This document shows positions 48,850-59,250 of a stretch of 64,000 bases of DNA, one piece after another. Source of the stretch: an uncultured Verrucomicrobiae bacterium. Its GTDB lineage: Bacteria > Verrucomicrobiota > Verrucomicrobiia > Chthoniobacterales > JAATET01. A program made the translations under genes and the position numbers. The notes beneath the pieces are model-generated. The model was not told where the DNA came from. It searched no databases and saw only the letters and a list, made by a program, of their open reading frames with translations. The stretch is taken from positions 480,001-544,000 of the forward strand of contig CAVRCI010000013.1 in the NCBI GenBank assembly GCA_963719495.1, written 5' to 3'. Position 1 is the stretch's first letter. Each line of letters starts with the position of its first letter.

Positions 48850-50310
48850 TCACCCTTCACCCTCACCCAACCCCATGCACACGTATTTCATCACCGTGTA
48901 ATCCTCGAGCCCATGCGTCGATCCCTCGCGACCGCTGCCGGATTCCTTGACTCCGCCGAAGGGCGCCATCGGATTCGAGATCGCGCCGGTGTTGAGCCCG
49001 ACCATTCCGTAGTCGAGCGCTTCGCTGAACCGCCACGACCGCGCCAAATCCCGCGTGTAGAAATACGCCGCCAGTCCGACCGACGTGTCGTTCGCGAACG
49101 TCAGCGCTTCCTCGTCGGTCGAGAACCGATACAGCGCCGCGACCGGCCCGAAGATTTCGTCCCGCGCGAAGTCCATGTCGGGCGTCGCATCGGCGAGGAC
49201 CGTTGGTTCGAAGTAGGTGCGGCCGAGCGGGTGCCGACCGCCACCCAGGAGCACCCGCGCTCCCTTCGCCTTCGCGTCGGCGACCAGACTCTCGACCTTC
49301 TCGAGCGCCGCGGCGTCGATGAGCGGGCCCTGCTCGACACCGTCCTTCGTGCCGTCGCCGACCTCGAGCCGCCGCACCGCCGCGACCAGTTTCTCGGCGA
49401 ACGCGTCGTGAATCGAATCGTGGAGCAGGAAACGATTCACGCAAACGCAGGTCTGTCCCGTGTTCCGATACTTCGCGGCGATCGCGCCCTCGACGGCGGC
49501 GTCGAGGTCGGCGTCCGGGAAGACGACGAACGGCGCGTTGCCGCCGAGTTCCATCGTCACCTTTTTCACGGTGTCGGCGCACTGGCGAATGAGTAGTTTC
49601 CCGACGCCGGTCGATCCCGTGAACGTCAGCTTGCGGACGACCGGACTGCGGGTGAACGCCTCGCCAATCTCGGCGGCGGGGCCGGTCACGACGCTGAAGA
49701 GTCCCGCCGGCACCCCGGCCCGCTCGCCGAGCAGCGCCAGCGCGAGCGCCGAAAGCGGCGTCTGCGAAGCGGGCTTGGCGACCATCGCGCAGCCCGCCGC
49801 GAGGGCGGGAGCAACCTTGCGGGCGAGCATGGCATTCGGAAAATTCCACGGCGTGATCGCGGCGCACACGCCCACCGGTTGGCGAATCACGACGATTCGC
49901 CGATCGCCCGATGGCGGCGGAATGACCTCGCCGTTCAGACGCCGCGCCTCCTCGGCGAACCACTCGACGTAGGCCGCGCCGTAGCCGATCTCGCCCCGGG
50001 CCTCGGCGAGGGGTTTGCCCTGCTCGGCGGTGAGGATGCGCGCCAGGTCTTCGGTGTTTTCGACGAGCAGATCGAACCAGCGGCGCAGGACCTTTGCCCG
50101 ATCGCTCGCGGGCCGCGCCGCCCACGCGGTCATGGCTCCCGCCGCCGCGGCGATCGCGCGGTCCGCGTCGGCGGCGGTGAGATCCGGGACGGTCGCGATC
50201 TCCTCGCCGGTCGCGGGATTGGTCACCGGGATCCGGCGATCGGAGTCGATCCACTCGCCTCCGACGGGGGCCTTGGAGCTGAGCAGTGAGGGGTCGCGGA
50301 GGTCGAGCAT
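48850..50310 (-). CDS. gabD: NAD(P)-dependent succinate-semialdehyde dehydrogenase
   Basis: AITPWNFP, FTGSTGVG, MELGGNAPF, RNTGQTCVC, EIFGP, PFGGVKESG. Confidence 0.93.
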   Translation of the reverse strand: MLDLRDPSLLSSKAPVGGEWIDSDRRIPVTNPATGEEIATVPDLTAADADRAIAAAAGAMTAWAARPASDRAKVLRRWFDLLVENTEDLARILTAEQGKPLAEARGEIGYGAAYVEWFAEEARRLNGEVIPPPSGDRRIVVIRQPVGVCAAITPWNFPNAMLARKVAPALAAGCAMVAKPASQTPLSALALALLGERAGVPAGLFSVVTGPAAEIGEAFTRSPVVRKLTFTGSTGVGKLLIRQCADTVKKVTMELGGNAPFVVFPDADLDAAVEGAIAAKYRNTGQTCVCVNRFLLHDSIHDAFAEKLVAAVRRLEVGDGTKDGVEQGPLIDAAALEKVESLVADAKAKGARVLLGGGRHPLGRTYFEPTVLADATPDMDFARDEIFGPVAALYRFSTDEEALTFANDTSVGLAAYFYTRDLARSWRFSEALDYGMVGLNTGAISNPMAPFGGVKESGSGREGSTHGLEDYTVMKYVCMGLGEGEG

Positions 50311-50409
50311 CGTGATTTGACTCAACACCATCCGGCGTCGCTGGGAAAGCTCCGCCCGACGACTTTGCCGTGGATCGCCGACCGTCTCCGCGCTAGCGTT
50401 CGCCGGACC

Positions 50410-51153
50410 ATGCACCGATTTTTTCTCGCGCCCGACGATCTGCTTCAGGACACGCCCACGCTCACCGGCGACGAGGCCCACCATTGCCTCAACGTCCTCC
50501 GTCATTCGGTCGGCGACAGGATCGTCGTCTTCGACGGTCGCGGCCACGAAGCGACCGCGACCATCGAGTCCGCCGACAAAGGCGGTGCCGCTCTCCGCGT
50601 CGTCCACCGCGGCAAGTCGACGCCGCTCCGCTGCCGCATTACGCTCGGCCAGGCCGTCCCGAAAGGGAAAAACATGGATCTCATCATTCAGAAGGCGGTC
50701 GAGCTCGGAGCCGCGGAGATCGTCCCGCTTCTCTCCGAGCGCACTGTCGTCCAGCTCGACGAATCCGACCTCCCGGCCAAGCGGGCCAAATGGCAATCGG
50801 TCGCCCTCGAGGCGTGCAAACAGTGCGGCCAGAATTGGCTGCCGGAAGTCGGCGTGCCCGTGTCGACCCGCACCTACTTCGAGAAGGCGAAGCCCGCCGG
50901 ACTCATCCTCATCGCCTCGCTGCAAGCCGACGCGGTGCCGATCAAAGCGTTGCTGAAGGACTACGAGGAGCAAAACGGCTCCGCCCCGACGGACCTCACG
51001 ATCTACGTTGGACCGGAGGGCGACTTCACCCCGGCGGAACTCGGCCTGGCGAAGAGCAACGGCGCCCGCCCCGTCACTTTGGGGCCGATCATCCTACGGA
51101 CCGAGACCGCGGCGATCTATTGCCTGAGCGTGCTGGGCCACGAGTTGTTCTGA
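50410..51153 (+). CDS. rsmE: 16S rRNA m3U1498 methyltransferase
   Basis: HHCLNVLR, IIQKAVELG, EACKQC, VGPEGDF, LGPIILRTETA. Confidence 0.95.
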   Translation: MHRFFLAPDDLLQDTPTLTGDEAHHCLNVLRHSVGDRIVVFDGRGHEATATIESADKGGAALRVVHRGKSTPLRCRITLGQAVPKGKNMDLIIQKAVELGAAEIVPLLSERTVVQLDESDLPAKRAKWQSVALEACKQCGQNWLPEVGVPVSTRTYFEKAKPAGLILIASLQADAVPIKALLKDYEEQNGSAPTDLTIYVGPEGDFTPAELGLAKSNGARPVTLGPIILRTETAAIYCLSVLGHELF

Positions 51154-51214
51154 CGAGCCGTCGCTGCTGCGGCAGCGATCAGCCCCGCCCCGCGGAGCCC
51201 ATCGTCCAACCCGT

Positions 51215-51310
51215 TGTCATGTTGAGCGAAGCGAAACATCTCTGGCTTCTCAGGCAGACAGCGTCCTGAAGAGTGTAAGCCAGAGATATTTCGCTTCGCT
51301 CAATATGACA
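51215..51310. repeat. TGTCAT-GAGCGAAGCGAA inverted-repeat element, copy 3
   Basis: tgtcatgttgagcgaagcgaaacatctctggctt ... aagccagagatatttcgcttcgctcaatatgaca. Confidence 0.88.
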
Positions 51311-51350
51311 GGGTTTGGAACGACGGCTTGCCTGGCGGCACCTCGCCCCC

Positions 51351-51749
51351 CTACCACCACAGCGGCGCGAACTCTTCCCAATCCCACGCGTCCCCGACGC
51401 CCCACGCGTTTACGACCGCCGCCTCGTTCGCAGCCGCGGCGACGCCTTCACCGTCCGCCTGCAGCGTCCAGTATTTTTCGTAATCCCGTGGCGATCCCAC
51501 GAGGAACGTCGACGTTCCCGGATCCGCGTAGACGTAACCGAGCCGCTCACCCGCCCGCACCGGCACCAACCGATTCGCCGGTAGCGACCGCATCATCGCG
51601 ACCCGGGTCGGAGTCGTCGCCGTTCGCGTCTGGAAACCCGCCGCCTCCAGAGTTTCGACGGTCGTCATCGCGCGCTTGCGCCCGAACATCGAGCACCCCG
51701 TTGTTCCCACCAAAACCGCCACCAAAATCAACCAAGCAGACATCCTCAT
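51351..51749 (-). CDS. Hypothetical lipoprotein
   Basis: Signal peptide with TGC lipobox; LEAAGF, YVYADP. Confidence 0.7.
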   Translation of the reverse strand: MRMSAWLILVAVLVGTTGCSMFGRKRAMTTVETLEAAGFQTRTATTPTRVAMMRSLPANRLVPVRAGERLGYVYADPGTSTFLVGSPRDYEKYWTLQADGEGVAAAANEAAVVNAWGVGDAWDWEEFAPLWW

Positions 51750-51866
51750 CGTGCCGCCAACCGTGCGCCAGACCCCGCCCCCGACGCAAGCGTCCAGCGT
51801 ATCGCCCGCCCTCGGCGGAAACCATTCCTGCAAGTCAGGCTCGACAGCCATGCTAACGTCCAACCC

Positions 51867-53360
51867 ATGAATTTTTCGTTTTCTTACCTTCAATTGGCTG
51901 CGGTAGGTGCAGCCGGTTCGCTTCTGATTGACGCGATGCCGACGGCCTTCGCTCAGGTTCCCACTTTTGCGTCCGCGGATCTCGTCCTCGGCCAGCCGGA
52001 TTTTGTGACCAAGACTCGGGTCTTTCCGAGGAATGCCTCGTCGTTCGAAGGCCCAAACTGCGTGATCGTCGATCCCGTCTCCGGCAAGGTGTTCGTCTCG
52101 GATGGCGCAACGGATCGAATTCTGCGCTTCGCCTCCGCGGATAGTCTTGCGAACAACGCGGAAGCCGAAGCGGTGTTTGGCAACGTCGATTTTGCGGGGA
52201 CGCAAGCGACGGCTCCGGAGGAGAGATTGTCGGAACCCGATGGCTTGGCGCTCGACTCGGCAGGGCGACTCTGGGTGGCGGACCGTTTCAACAACCGGGT
52301 CATCATGTTCGAGAACGCGGTCAACCAAACCTTCACACCGGGCACCGCGTTCTCCGCCGACCTGGTTCTCGGACAGCCGAATTTCAGCGGAACGGGTGAT
52401 GCCATCACCGCCGCCGGAATGGATGATCCGCGCGCCGTCTGGGCGGATGCGTTCGGCAACCTGTTCGTAGTCGACAAAGACAACCACCGGGTTCTGCTTT
52501 TCGCCGACGCAGCTTCGAAGAATGACGGTGCCGACGCCGACGCGGTCTACGGACAGACTAATTTGACTTCTAAATCGACCGGAAGGACCGCAACGGAATT
52601 CAACGAACCCTATGCCGTCATGCGCGACACCGCTGGCACGCTTTGGGTCGCTGACTACAATAACGGTCGCGTCATAGGTTTTGAAACAACCGCCGGGCCT
52701 TTCCCCGACCTCACCGCGACGCGGGTATTCGGTCAAAGCAACCTCACCGGCGGCCTGAATGGCTTCGGGAACACGGCATTCGACCGTCCGAGCGGCGTGC
52801 ACGTCGACCGATTCGGCAGTCTCTGGGTCGGTGTCGGCAACGAGAACCGGGTCCTGCGATTCGACTCCGTCGCGACCAAGCCAAACGGCAGCCCGGCTGA
52901 TGCGGTGATCGGGCAGGCGGATTTTTCCTCGTCCGATCCCGGTCTCGCGGCCAACCGGATCGATACGGAACGCTTCCTCGCGCAGATTTCCGTGGCCGCC
53001 GACGGCGACCTCTGGGTGGCCGACTCGAATAACAACCGCGTTCTCCGCTTCAGCTATCAGTCGGCCGTTCCCCGCGACCTAGTCCGACCACGGCTCCGGA
53101 TTCGGGGTCGCAAGACCATCGAGACGCTGCGCAACCGCGTCGTCATTCGCGGCACCGCGATCGACGCGTCCGGTATCGCCGACCTCGACGTGCGAGCCCG
53201 CGGCGCAAAGGTCGCGAAAGCCAAAGTGCGCACCGACGACCGCTTCAAAGTCGTCCTGCGCGTCAGGAAGGATTCCGGTCGCGTGATCGTCAAGCTGCGC
53301 GCCGAGGATCCGTCCGGCAACAAATCCAAACGCGCCAAATTCCGCATCCTCCGGCGCTGA
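51867..53360 (+). CDS. Secreted NHL-repeat beta-propeller protein with a basic Ig-like C-terminal domain
   Basis: Repeated ADxVLGQPxF and LWVADxxNNRV units. Confidence 0.9.
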   Translation: MNFSFSYLQLAAVGAAGSLLIDAMPTAFAQVPTFASADLVLGQPDFVTKTRVFPRNASSFEGPNCVIVDPVSGKVFVSDGATDRILRFASADSLANNAEAEAVFGNVDFAGTQATAPEERLSEPDGLALDSAGRLWVADRFNNRVIMFENAVNQTFTPGTAFSADLVLGQPNFSGTGDAITAAGMDDPRAVWADAFGNLFVVDKDNHRVLLFADAASKNDGADADAVYGQTNLTSKSTGRTATEFNEPYAVMRDTAGTLWVADYNNGRVIGFETTAGPFPDLTATRVFGQSNLTGGLNGFGNTAFDRPSGVHVDRFGSLWVGVGNENRVLRFDSVATKPNGSPADAVIGQADFSSSDPGLAANRIDTERFLAQISVAADGDLWVADSNNNRVLRFSYQSAVPRDLVRPRLRIRGRKTIETLRNRVVIRGTAIDASGIADLDVRARGAKVAKAKVRTDDRFKVVLRVRKDSGRVIVKLRAEDPSGNKSKRAKFRILRR

Positions 53361-53372
53361 CGCCGCGCCGCG

Positions 53373-54842
53373 TCAATACCGCCGCCACAGCGCCGGCATG
53401 AAGAGCACCAGCAGCGCGAATAATTCCAGCCGCCCCAGAATCATCAGGATGGACAGGAAGACGTGCGTCGCCGGCAGCATCTCGGAGAAATTCTGCATCG
53501 GCCCAACGGCACCGAGACCCGGGCCGATGTTGAAGAGCGTCGCCACCACCGAGCCGAAACTACTCAGCAGATCGAGCCGCGGTTCGATCACCGTCATCGC
53601 CAAAGTCGAGATCCCGACGATGAAACACGTGAGCGCCACGAAGAAGACGGCGCTGGATTTGAGCGACTCGTCGAGCAATTGGCCGTTAAGCCGCAGCGGG
53701 ACGACTTGATTGGGCCGAAACGCGTTCACGAGCTGCTGCTTGGTCGTCTTGATGAAGACGAGGACGCGGCTCACCTTGATCCCGCCCGACGTCGATCCCG
53801 AGCAGCCGCCGACGAACATCAGCATCACCAGGATCGCCTTCGAAAGCGTCGGCCACGCGTCGAAATCCGCCGAAACGAACCCGGTCGTCGTCATGATCGA
53901 AATGACCTGAAACGAACCGTCGCGAAACGCCGCCCCCCAATCCGCGCCGCGCCGCATCACGAGATCGCCCGCGATCACGGCCGTCGTCACCAGCACGATC
54001 ATCGCGTAGCCCCGCAGTTCCTCGTCGACGCGGAGACGCTGAAAATTTCCCCGCAGCACCCACGCCATCAGCACAAAACTCATGCCGCCCAGGAACATGA
54101 AGATCGACAGCCACACTTCGATCCAAACGCTGCCGTAGAAGGCGACGCTCGCGTTCTTCGGACTGAATCCACCCGTCGAAATCGCCGCGAACCCGTGCAA
54201 CAGCGCGTCGTAAAACGTCATTCCCAGCACCATCAATCCGGCCACGCAGATGATCGTGAGCACGGTGTAAATCTGCCAGAGCCGCGTCGCGGTGTCGCGG
54301 ATCCGCGAGTGAAAACCATACCCGATCTGCGCGCTCGATTCGTTTCGGAAGAGCGATTTGCTGCCGACCCCGAGCGTGGAAAGCAGCGCGACAAAAAGAA
54401 CGAGAATCCCCATCCCGCCCAGCCACTGCGTCGTTGCGCGCCACAGCAGGATCGAGCGCGGGTAGAGCTCGAGGTCGGAGATCACGGACGATCCGGTCGT
54501 CGTGAAGCCGGACGCCGATTCGAAAAACGCCGCCGCGAAGTCGAGCCGTGGCGTGCAGAGCAGATAAGGAAGCGCTCCGACCACGGCGGAGATCAGCCAG
54601 CCCAATCCGACGATTGCCATTCCCTCTTTCCGCAACACTTCGTCCCCCGCGCCGCGCCCGGCCAACATCAAGCCGAGACCGAGCGCCGCCGCGATGGCGA
54701 AGGATTTCAACAACGCCCAATCGTGCACGACGTCGTCGCGCCCACGCTCCGCACTCACCGCGTAGAGCTCGCAGATCAGCATCGCCCCGGCGACCAGCAG
54801 CACCAGCAGGCCGAGAACCTTGAAGAGAACGCGGTAATTCAT
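53373..54842 (-). CDS. trkH: Trk potassium uptake membrane subunit
   Basis: FFESASGFTTTG, QWLGGMG, STGGF, GGCSGSTSGGIK, NIGPGLG, GRLE. Confidence 0.95.
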   Translation of the reverse strand: MNYRVLFKVLGLLVLLVAGAMLICELYAVSAERGRDDVVHDWALLKSFAIAAALGLGLMLAGRGAGDEVLRKEGMAIVGLGWLISAVVGALPYLLCTPRLDFAAAFFESASGFTTTGSSVISDLELYPRSILLWRATTQWLGGMGILVLFVALLSTLGVGSKSLFRNESSAQIGYGFHSRIRDTATRLWQIYTVLTIICVAGLMVLGMTFYDALLHGFAAISTGGFSPKNASVAFYGSVWIEVWLSIFMFLGGMSFVLMAWVLRGNFQRLRVDEELRGYAMIVLVTTAVIAGDLVMRRGADWGAAFRDGSFQVISIMTTTGFVSADFDAWPTLSKAILVMLMFVGGCSGSTSGGIKVSRVLVFIKTTKQQLVNAFRPNQVVPLRLNGQLLDESLKSSAVFFVALTCFIVGISTLAMTVIEPRLDLLSSFGSVVATLFNIGPGLGAVGPMQNFSEMLPATHVFLSILMILGRLELFALLVLFMPALWRRY

Positions 54843-54856
54843 CCGGGGTCGCCGCG

Positions 54857-56203
54857 CTAAGCGATCAGTTTCGAGAAAGCCTTGCGCGCGTCGCCGGCGA
54901 TCATCGCCACGACCACGTCGCCGGCCGCCAGCACGTCCTCCGCCGCGGGCACGGTCGCCTGCGCGCCGTGCGTGACCGAGACCAAGCCACTGCCCTTCGG
55001 CCACTCGATTTCCGCCACCGCGTGGCCGTCGAGATTTCCGCCCTCCCGGATCACGAATTCGATCACGTCGATCCCGCCGGACAACCGCACCAGCGTGCTG
55101 AACCGCTCGTCGGTGCAGAATCGCATCAGATCCCGCGCGGTCGCCACGCGCGGGCTGACCGCGCCCAGGATGCCGAGTTTCGCCCCGGCCCGCGTGACCG
55201 CGTCGGCGTAATCGGCGCGGTGAATGAGCGTGAGGCAATGTTTCACGCCGAGGTCCTTCGCCTGCAGGCAGGTCATCACGTTGTCCTCGTCCTCGAGCGT
55301 CGCGCCGACGAAGAAATCCGCTTCGCCAACCTGCTCTTCCTTGAGCAATTGGAACGACGTCGCGTCGGCGTTGATGAGCGTCGTTCGCTGGAGGACCTTG
55401 GCGAGGTATTCGCAGCGCTTCGCGTCGCGCTCGACGATCCGCGTGCGGAAGCGCCCGCCCTCGAGCATCTGCGCGAGCGCAAAGCCATACTCGCCGCCGC
55501 CGAAGATCACGACCCGCGTCTCTTCCCGCCCCTTGCCGCCGCGAAAGCGCGGCACGACGTCCTGCAACGTCCGCGGATTTCCAAACAAAGTGACCACGTC
55601 GCCGTCGGTGAGAATCTCGTCACCATCCGGGATGATCGCCCGATCACCGCGCTGGATCGACCCGACGCGCACCCGGGGCGGCAGGCCCAGATCGCGCAGC
55701 CTTTTACCCACCGCATCGCTGTTCGGTTGGATCGGCGTCTGCTGCAGCTCGATGCGCCCGCGCGCCACTTCCTCGACGATCAGGCAGTCGGGATTGCGGA
55801 TGTGCTTGGCGAGTTCGACGGCCGCGAGGCGTTCGGAACTGAAGAGGTAATCGACTTGGAAGTGCGCCCGATAATCGAGGAGCCACTGGTCGCGCTGAAC
55901 GTCGGAATGCACTCGCGCGATGGTTTTCTTCGCCCCGAGCGACTTGGCCAACGAGGCGGCGACGACGTTCGTGTTGTCGTCGCTGGACAATCCCAAAAAC
56001 ACGTCGCACTCCGCGACCCGGGCTTCCTCGAGCAGCGACACGGACGAGCCGTTGCCCCGCACGACGCGGGCGTCGAGTTTGTCGTTCATGTCGGCGGCGA
56101 CGCGTTCGTCATCCTCGATCACGGTCACGTTGTGCGCCTGGCCGATGAGCGTCTGCGCCATGTGGAAGCCGATCTCGCCGGCTCCGAGGATGATGATGTT
56201 CAT
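54857..56203 (-). CDS. trkA: Trk potassium uptake NAD-binding subunit
   Basis: Two RCK repeats (IIILGAGEIG; VVIFGGGEYG). Confidence 0.95.
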   Translation of the reverse strand: MNIIILGAGEIGFHMAQTLIGQAHNVTVIEDDERVAADMNDKLDARVVRGNGSSVSLLEEARVAECDVFLGLSSDDNTNVVAASLAKSLGAKKTIARVHSDVQRDQWLLDYRAHFQVDYLFSSERLAAVELAKHIRNPDCLIVEEVARGRIELQQTPIQPNSDAVGKRLRDLGLPPRVRVGSIQRGDRAIIPDGDEILTDGDVVTLFGNPRTLQDVVPRFRGGKGREETRVVIFGGGEYGFALAQMLEGGRFRTRIVERDAKRCEYLAKVLQRTTLINADATSFQLLKEEQVGEADFFVGATLEDEDNVMTCLQAKDLGVKHCLTLIHRADYADAVTRAGAKLGILGAVSPRVATARDLMRFCTDERFSTLVRLSGGIDVIEFVIREGGNLDGHAVAEIEWPKGSGLVSVTHGAQATVPAAEDVLAAGDVVVAMIAGDARKAFSKLIA

Positions 56204-57252
56204 GCGGTTTTGGCGTGCTGCGAAATGAGATTCAGACTCACGAGACCGACGATCTGGCCGGCGTCGTTCACCACGGGCAGGACGGAATTCTGACTCCGCT
56301 GCATGATCGCGAACGCGTCGCCGAACAAAGCCGATTGCGGCACCGTCGGCACGATTTCAGCCAACTGCGCGAGCGTCGAAGCGCCCGCCGGACCCGATGC
56401 GAGCAGGTCCTTCCGCCGCACCATCCCGGTCACGCGCAACCGGTCGTCGGTGATCGGGAAGATCGGCTGCGAATCCCGCGCCGCCGCCTCGGTCGCCTCC
56501 GCGACCGTGAGCGAATCGGGAAACGACTGGAACCTCGTGATCATCGCGTCGCCGACCCGCATTCCCGTCGCGGCGGCCCGCATTTTGGAATAATTCAACT
56601 CCTGCTGCGCGCCCGAGAAAACAAAAATGCCGATGAACACCAGGAACGGGTTCCCGAAAAACCCCGCCACCACGAAAAGCACCGCCATCACCTGACCGAC
56701 CCGCGCCGCCACCCGCGTCGCCGTAGGGTGCGAAAATTTCATCCCGAGCAGCGCCCGCAGGATGCGCCCTCCGTCCATCGGAAACGCCGGGATCAAATTG
56801 AACAGGATCAGCATCACGTTCACCTGGAGCAGCTGCACCGCCATCCCGTCCCCGCGGTCGAATTCCGTGAAATCCTTCCCGCCCATCGGCAGCCCCAGCA
56901 CGATCCACAGGCCAAGCGCGATCACGACGTTCACCGCCGGTCCCGCGATCGCGACGATCAATTCCTGGCGCGGATTCTCCGGCATCCGCTCGAGCCGCGC
57001 CACCCCACCGATCGGCAGCAGCGTGATGTCCGGCGTCCGAATCCCGAAAGCCCGCGCCGCGAACGCGTGGCCGAACTCGTGCAGCAGCACGCAGAGAAAA
57101 AGCAGCAGCACGAAAGCCAGCCCGCTCAGCGCCGCCGACGTCCCACCGCTCTGGTAATACGTCCACGCGACGAAGGCCAACAAAGCCAGGAACGTCACGT
57201 GCACCTTCAGTTCAATGCCGGCGACCCGCGCCATGGGATACGACCACTTCAC
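56200..57252 (-). CDS. Site-2 (M50) metalloprotease with CBS domains
   Basis: HEFGH, FNLIPAFPMDGGR, C-terminal CBS pair. Confidence 0.93.
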   Translation of the reverse strand: MKWSYPMARVAGIELKVHVTFLALLAFVAWTYYQSGGTSAALSGLAFVLLLFLCVLLHEFGHAFAARAFGIRTPDITLLPIGGVARLERMPENPRQELIVAIAGPAVNVVIALGLWIVLGLPMGGKDFTEFDRGDGMAVQLLQVNVMLILFNLIPAFPMDGGRILRALLGMKFSHPTATRVAARVGQVMAVLFVVAGFFGNPFLVFIGIFVFSGAQQELNYSKMRAAATGMRVGDAMITRFQSFPDSLTVAEATEAAARDSQPIFPITDDRLRVTGMVRRKDLLASGPAGASTLAQLAEIVPTVPQSALFGDAFAIMQRSQNSVLPVVNDAGQIVGLVSLNLISQHAKTA

Positions 57253-57303
57253 GCGCTCTCTCTACCCCTTTCGCCCCACCATGCAAACCCCATCCGGCTT
57301 CAC

Positions 57304-57405
57304 CTCTTTCTCTTAATCCTAATCTTCGTCCTACTCAGTCCTGCCCACACCCACGCGCCCTGCGAAAATACGGAGTAGGACGAGGATTATGATTATGAGA
57401 AAGAG
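57304..57405. repeat. Inverted hexamer-repeat arms
   Basis: ctctttctcttaatcctaatcttcgtcctactc ... gagtaggacgaggattatgattatgagaaagag. Confidence 0.75.
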
Positions 57406-57464
57406 CCGGAGGCGATGCGACATCCGCATTGTCCCAAGTCCCCCGACCCGCGAAACTCCCGCCC

Positions 57465-58199
57465 ATGAACGACCCCACCCGCTGGCGCGGCCTCACCGCC
57501 GAAGCCCAGGCGAAACTCACGGCGCGCGACTACGCCAGCGCCGACCTTCCCACCCGCCTCGCGACCGCCGGGCTCGAAGGCGGACAAGTCCTCGCCGCCG
57601 AGCCGCTCCTCCGCGAAGCCGCCGCGTGGATCCCCGGCGTCGAGCTCTTTCACCGTCCGATCCACCCGCAACGCCACCGCGGCGGCTTCGGAGAATTCGC
57701 GCGCGAAGGCGAAGGCCCGCTCGGCCGCATCGGACTCTGGCCGCGCCAATGGGCCACCGCCCGGATGTTCGTCGGCACCGCCAAGGGCTTCCACATTCAC
57801 CCGCCATTCATTCCGGAAAACGCCGAACCCGCCACGTATCTGGCGGCACTTTTTGCCGACGAGGACGCCACCCGCCGTCCCTACGACCGCGAGCAATGGG
57901 ACGTCATGTTCATCGTGCAGGGCCGCGCCGAGATGTTTCTCATCGACGAGCGCGCCGGCTTCGACCGCCGCCGCATGCGTTTCATGATCGACGGCGACGA
58001 CGTCCGCGGACCCAACACGCTCGGCGTCGTCATCCCCCCGGGTGTCGCCCACGCCCTCCGCGGCGAAGGCGGCACCGACGTCATCATGGTCTACGGCACC
58101 AGCACCGTCTTCGACCCGAGCAACGAAGGTCGAATCGCCGCCGGCATCGAAGCCGATGCACTCCCCGAAGAGTGGGCAACCACCTTCACCGAAGGGTAA
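57465..58199 (+). CDS. Divergent RmlC-like cupin (dTDP-sugar 3,5-epimerase family)
   Basis: RGGFGEF, KGFHIH, QWD, VIPPGVAHA, DP.NEGRI; convergent with rmlA. Confidence 0.7.
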   Translation: MNDPTRWRGLTAEAQAKLTARDYASADLPTRLATAGLEGGQVLAAEPLLREAAAWIPGVELFHRPIHPQRHRGGFGEFAREGEGPLGRIGLWPRQWATARMFVGTAKGFHIHPPFIPENAEPATYLAALFADEDATRRPYDREQWDVMFIVQGRAEMFLIDERAGFDRRRMRFMIDGDDVRGPNTLGVVIPPGVAHALRGEGGTDVIMVYGTSTVFDPSNEGRIAAGIEADALPEEWATTFTEG

Positions 58200-58276
58200 A
58201 ACAGGCATCCCGCCTGTCGCTCCGGGCATCCCGCCCGGAGCCTCGTTCCAAAACGGCGAAGCCGCACTTTCCCCCG

Positions 58277-59161
58277 CTAGAGCACCGACCCCGTCGGCAC
58301 CGCCCCGACGTTCTCGAGATACCGCCGGTAGTCATTCCGCGGCAATCGGGCCGCCACCGCGTCCAGTCCCGCGCGGTCGATGAACCCCATTTCGAAGGCC
58401 ACCTCCTCGATGCAGGCCACCATCACGCCCTGCCGATGCCGCAGCGTCGCCATGTAATTCGCCGCCTCCAGCAAGCTCTCGTGCGTCCCGGTATCCAACC
58501 ACGCCAACCCGCGCCCCACGACCTCGACCCACAAATCCCCCCGATCCAGATACGTCGTGTTCACGTCCGTGATCTCGACCTCGCCCCGCGCCGACGGAGC
58601 GAGCCCCCGCGCGATCTCCACGACGTCACCGCCGTAGCAATACAACCCCGGCACCGCGTAATGGCTACGCGGCGCGGTCGGTTTCTCCTCGATGCTGATC
58701 GCCCGCCCCTCGGCGTCGAATTCGATCACCCCGTAGCGCTCCGGATCCCGCACCGGACAGGCGAAAATGCACCCGCCCGATTCGCGCTCCAACGCCCGCC
58801 GGAAAAAATCCAGATTGCCGTGGAAAATGTTGTCGCCCAGCACGAGCGCCACCCCGTCCCCGGCGAGAAATTTTTCCCCGATCAGAAACGCCTGCGCGAT
58901 TCCCTTCGGTTCCGGCTGCACCGCGTATTCCAGCTTCAGCCCGAGCTGCGACCCGTCGCCGAGCAGCGCCTCGATCATCGGTAAATCCTTCGGCGTCGAG
59001 ATGATCAGAATTTCCCGAATCCCGCCCAGCATCAGCGTGCTCAGCGGGTAGTAGATCATCGGCTTGTCGTAAACCGGCAGCAGCTGCTTGCAGACGATGC
59101 GCGTGAGCGGATCGAGCCGACTCCCCGCCCCACCCGCCAAAAGAATACCTTTACGACTCAT
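58277..59161 (-). CDS. rmlA: Glucose-1-phosphate thymidylyltransferase
   Basis: [38 protein letters not shown]. Confidence 0.96.
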   Translation of the reverse strand: MSRKGILLAGGAGSRLDPLTRIVCKQLLPVYDKPMIYYPLSTLMLGGIREILIISTPKDLPMIEALLGDGSQLGLKLEYAVQPEPKGIAQAFLIGEKFLAGDGVALVLGDNIFHGNLDFFRRALERESGGCIFACPVRDPERYGVIEFDAEGRAISIEEKPTAPRSHYAVPGLYCYGGDVVEIARGLAPSARGEVEITDVNTTYLDRGDLWVEVVGRGLAWLDTGTHESLLEAANYMATLRHRQGVMVACIEEVAFEMGFIDRAGLDAVAARLPRNDYRRYLENVGAVPTGSVL

Positions 59162-59250
59162 CGCGTCAGCAAATGGAAAACCCCTCCCCGGGTCAAGCCA
59201 CCCACTCGTAGGGGTCGACGTGAGGACACCCCGCCATTAAACCGAATCCC

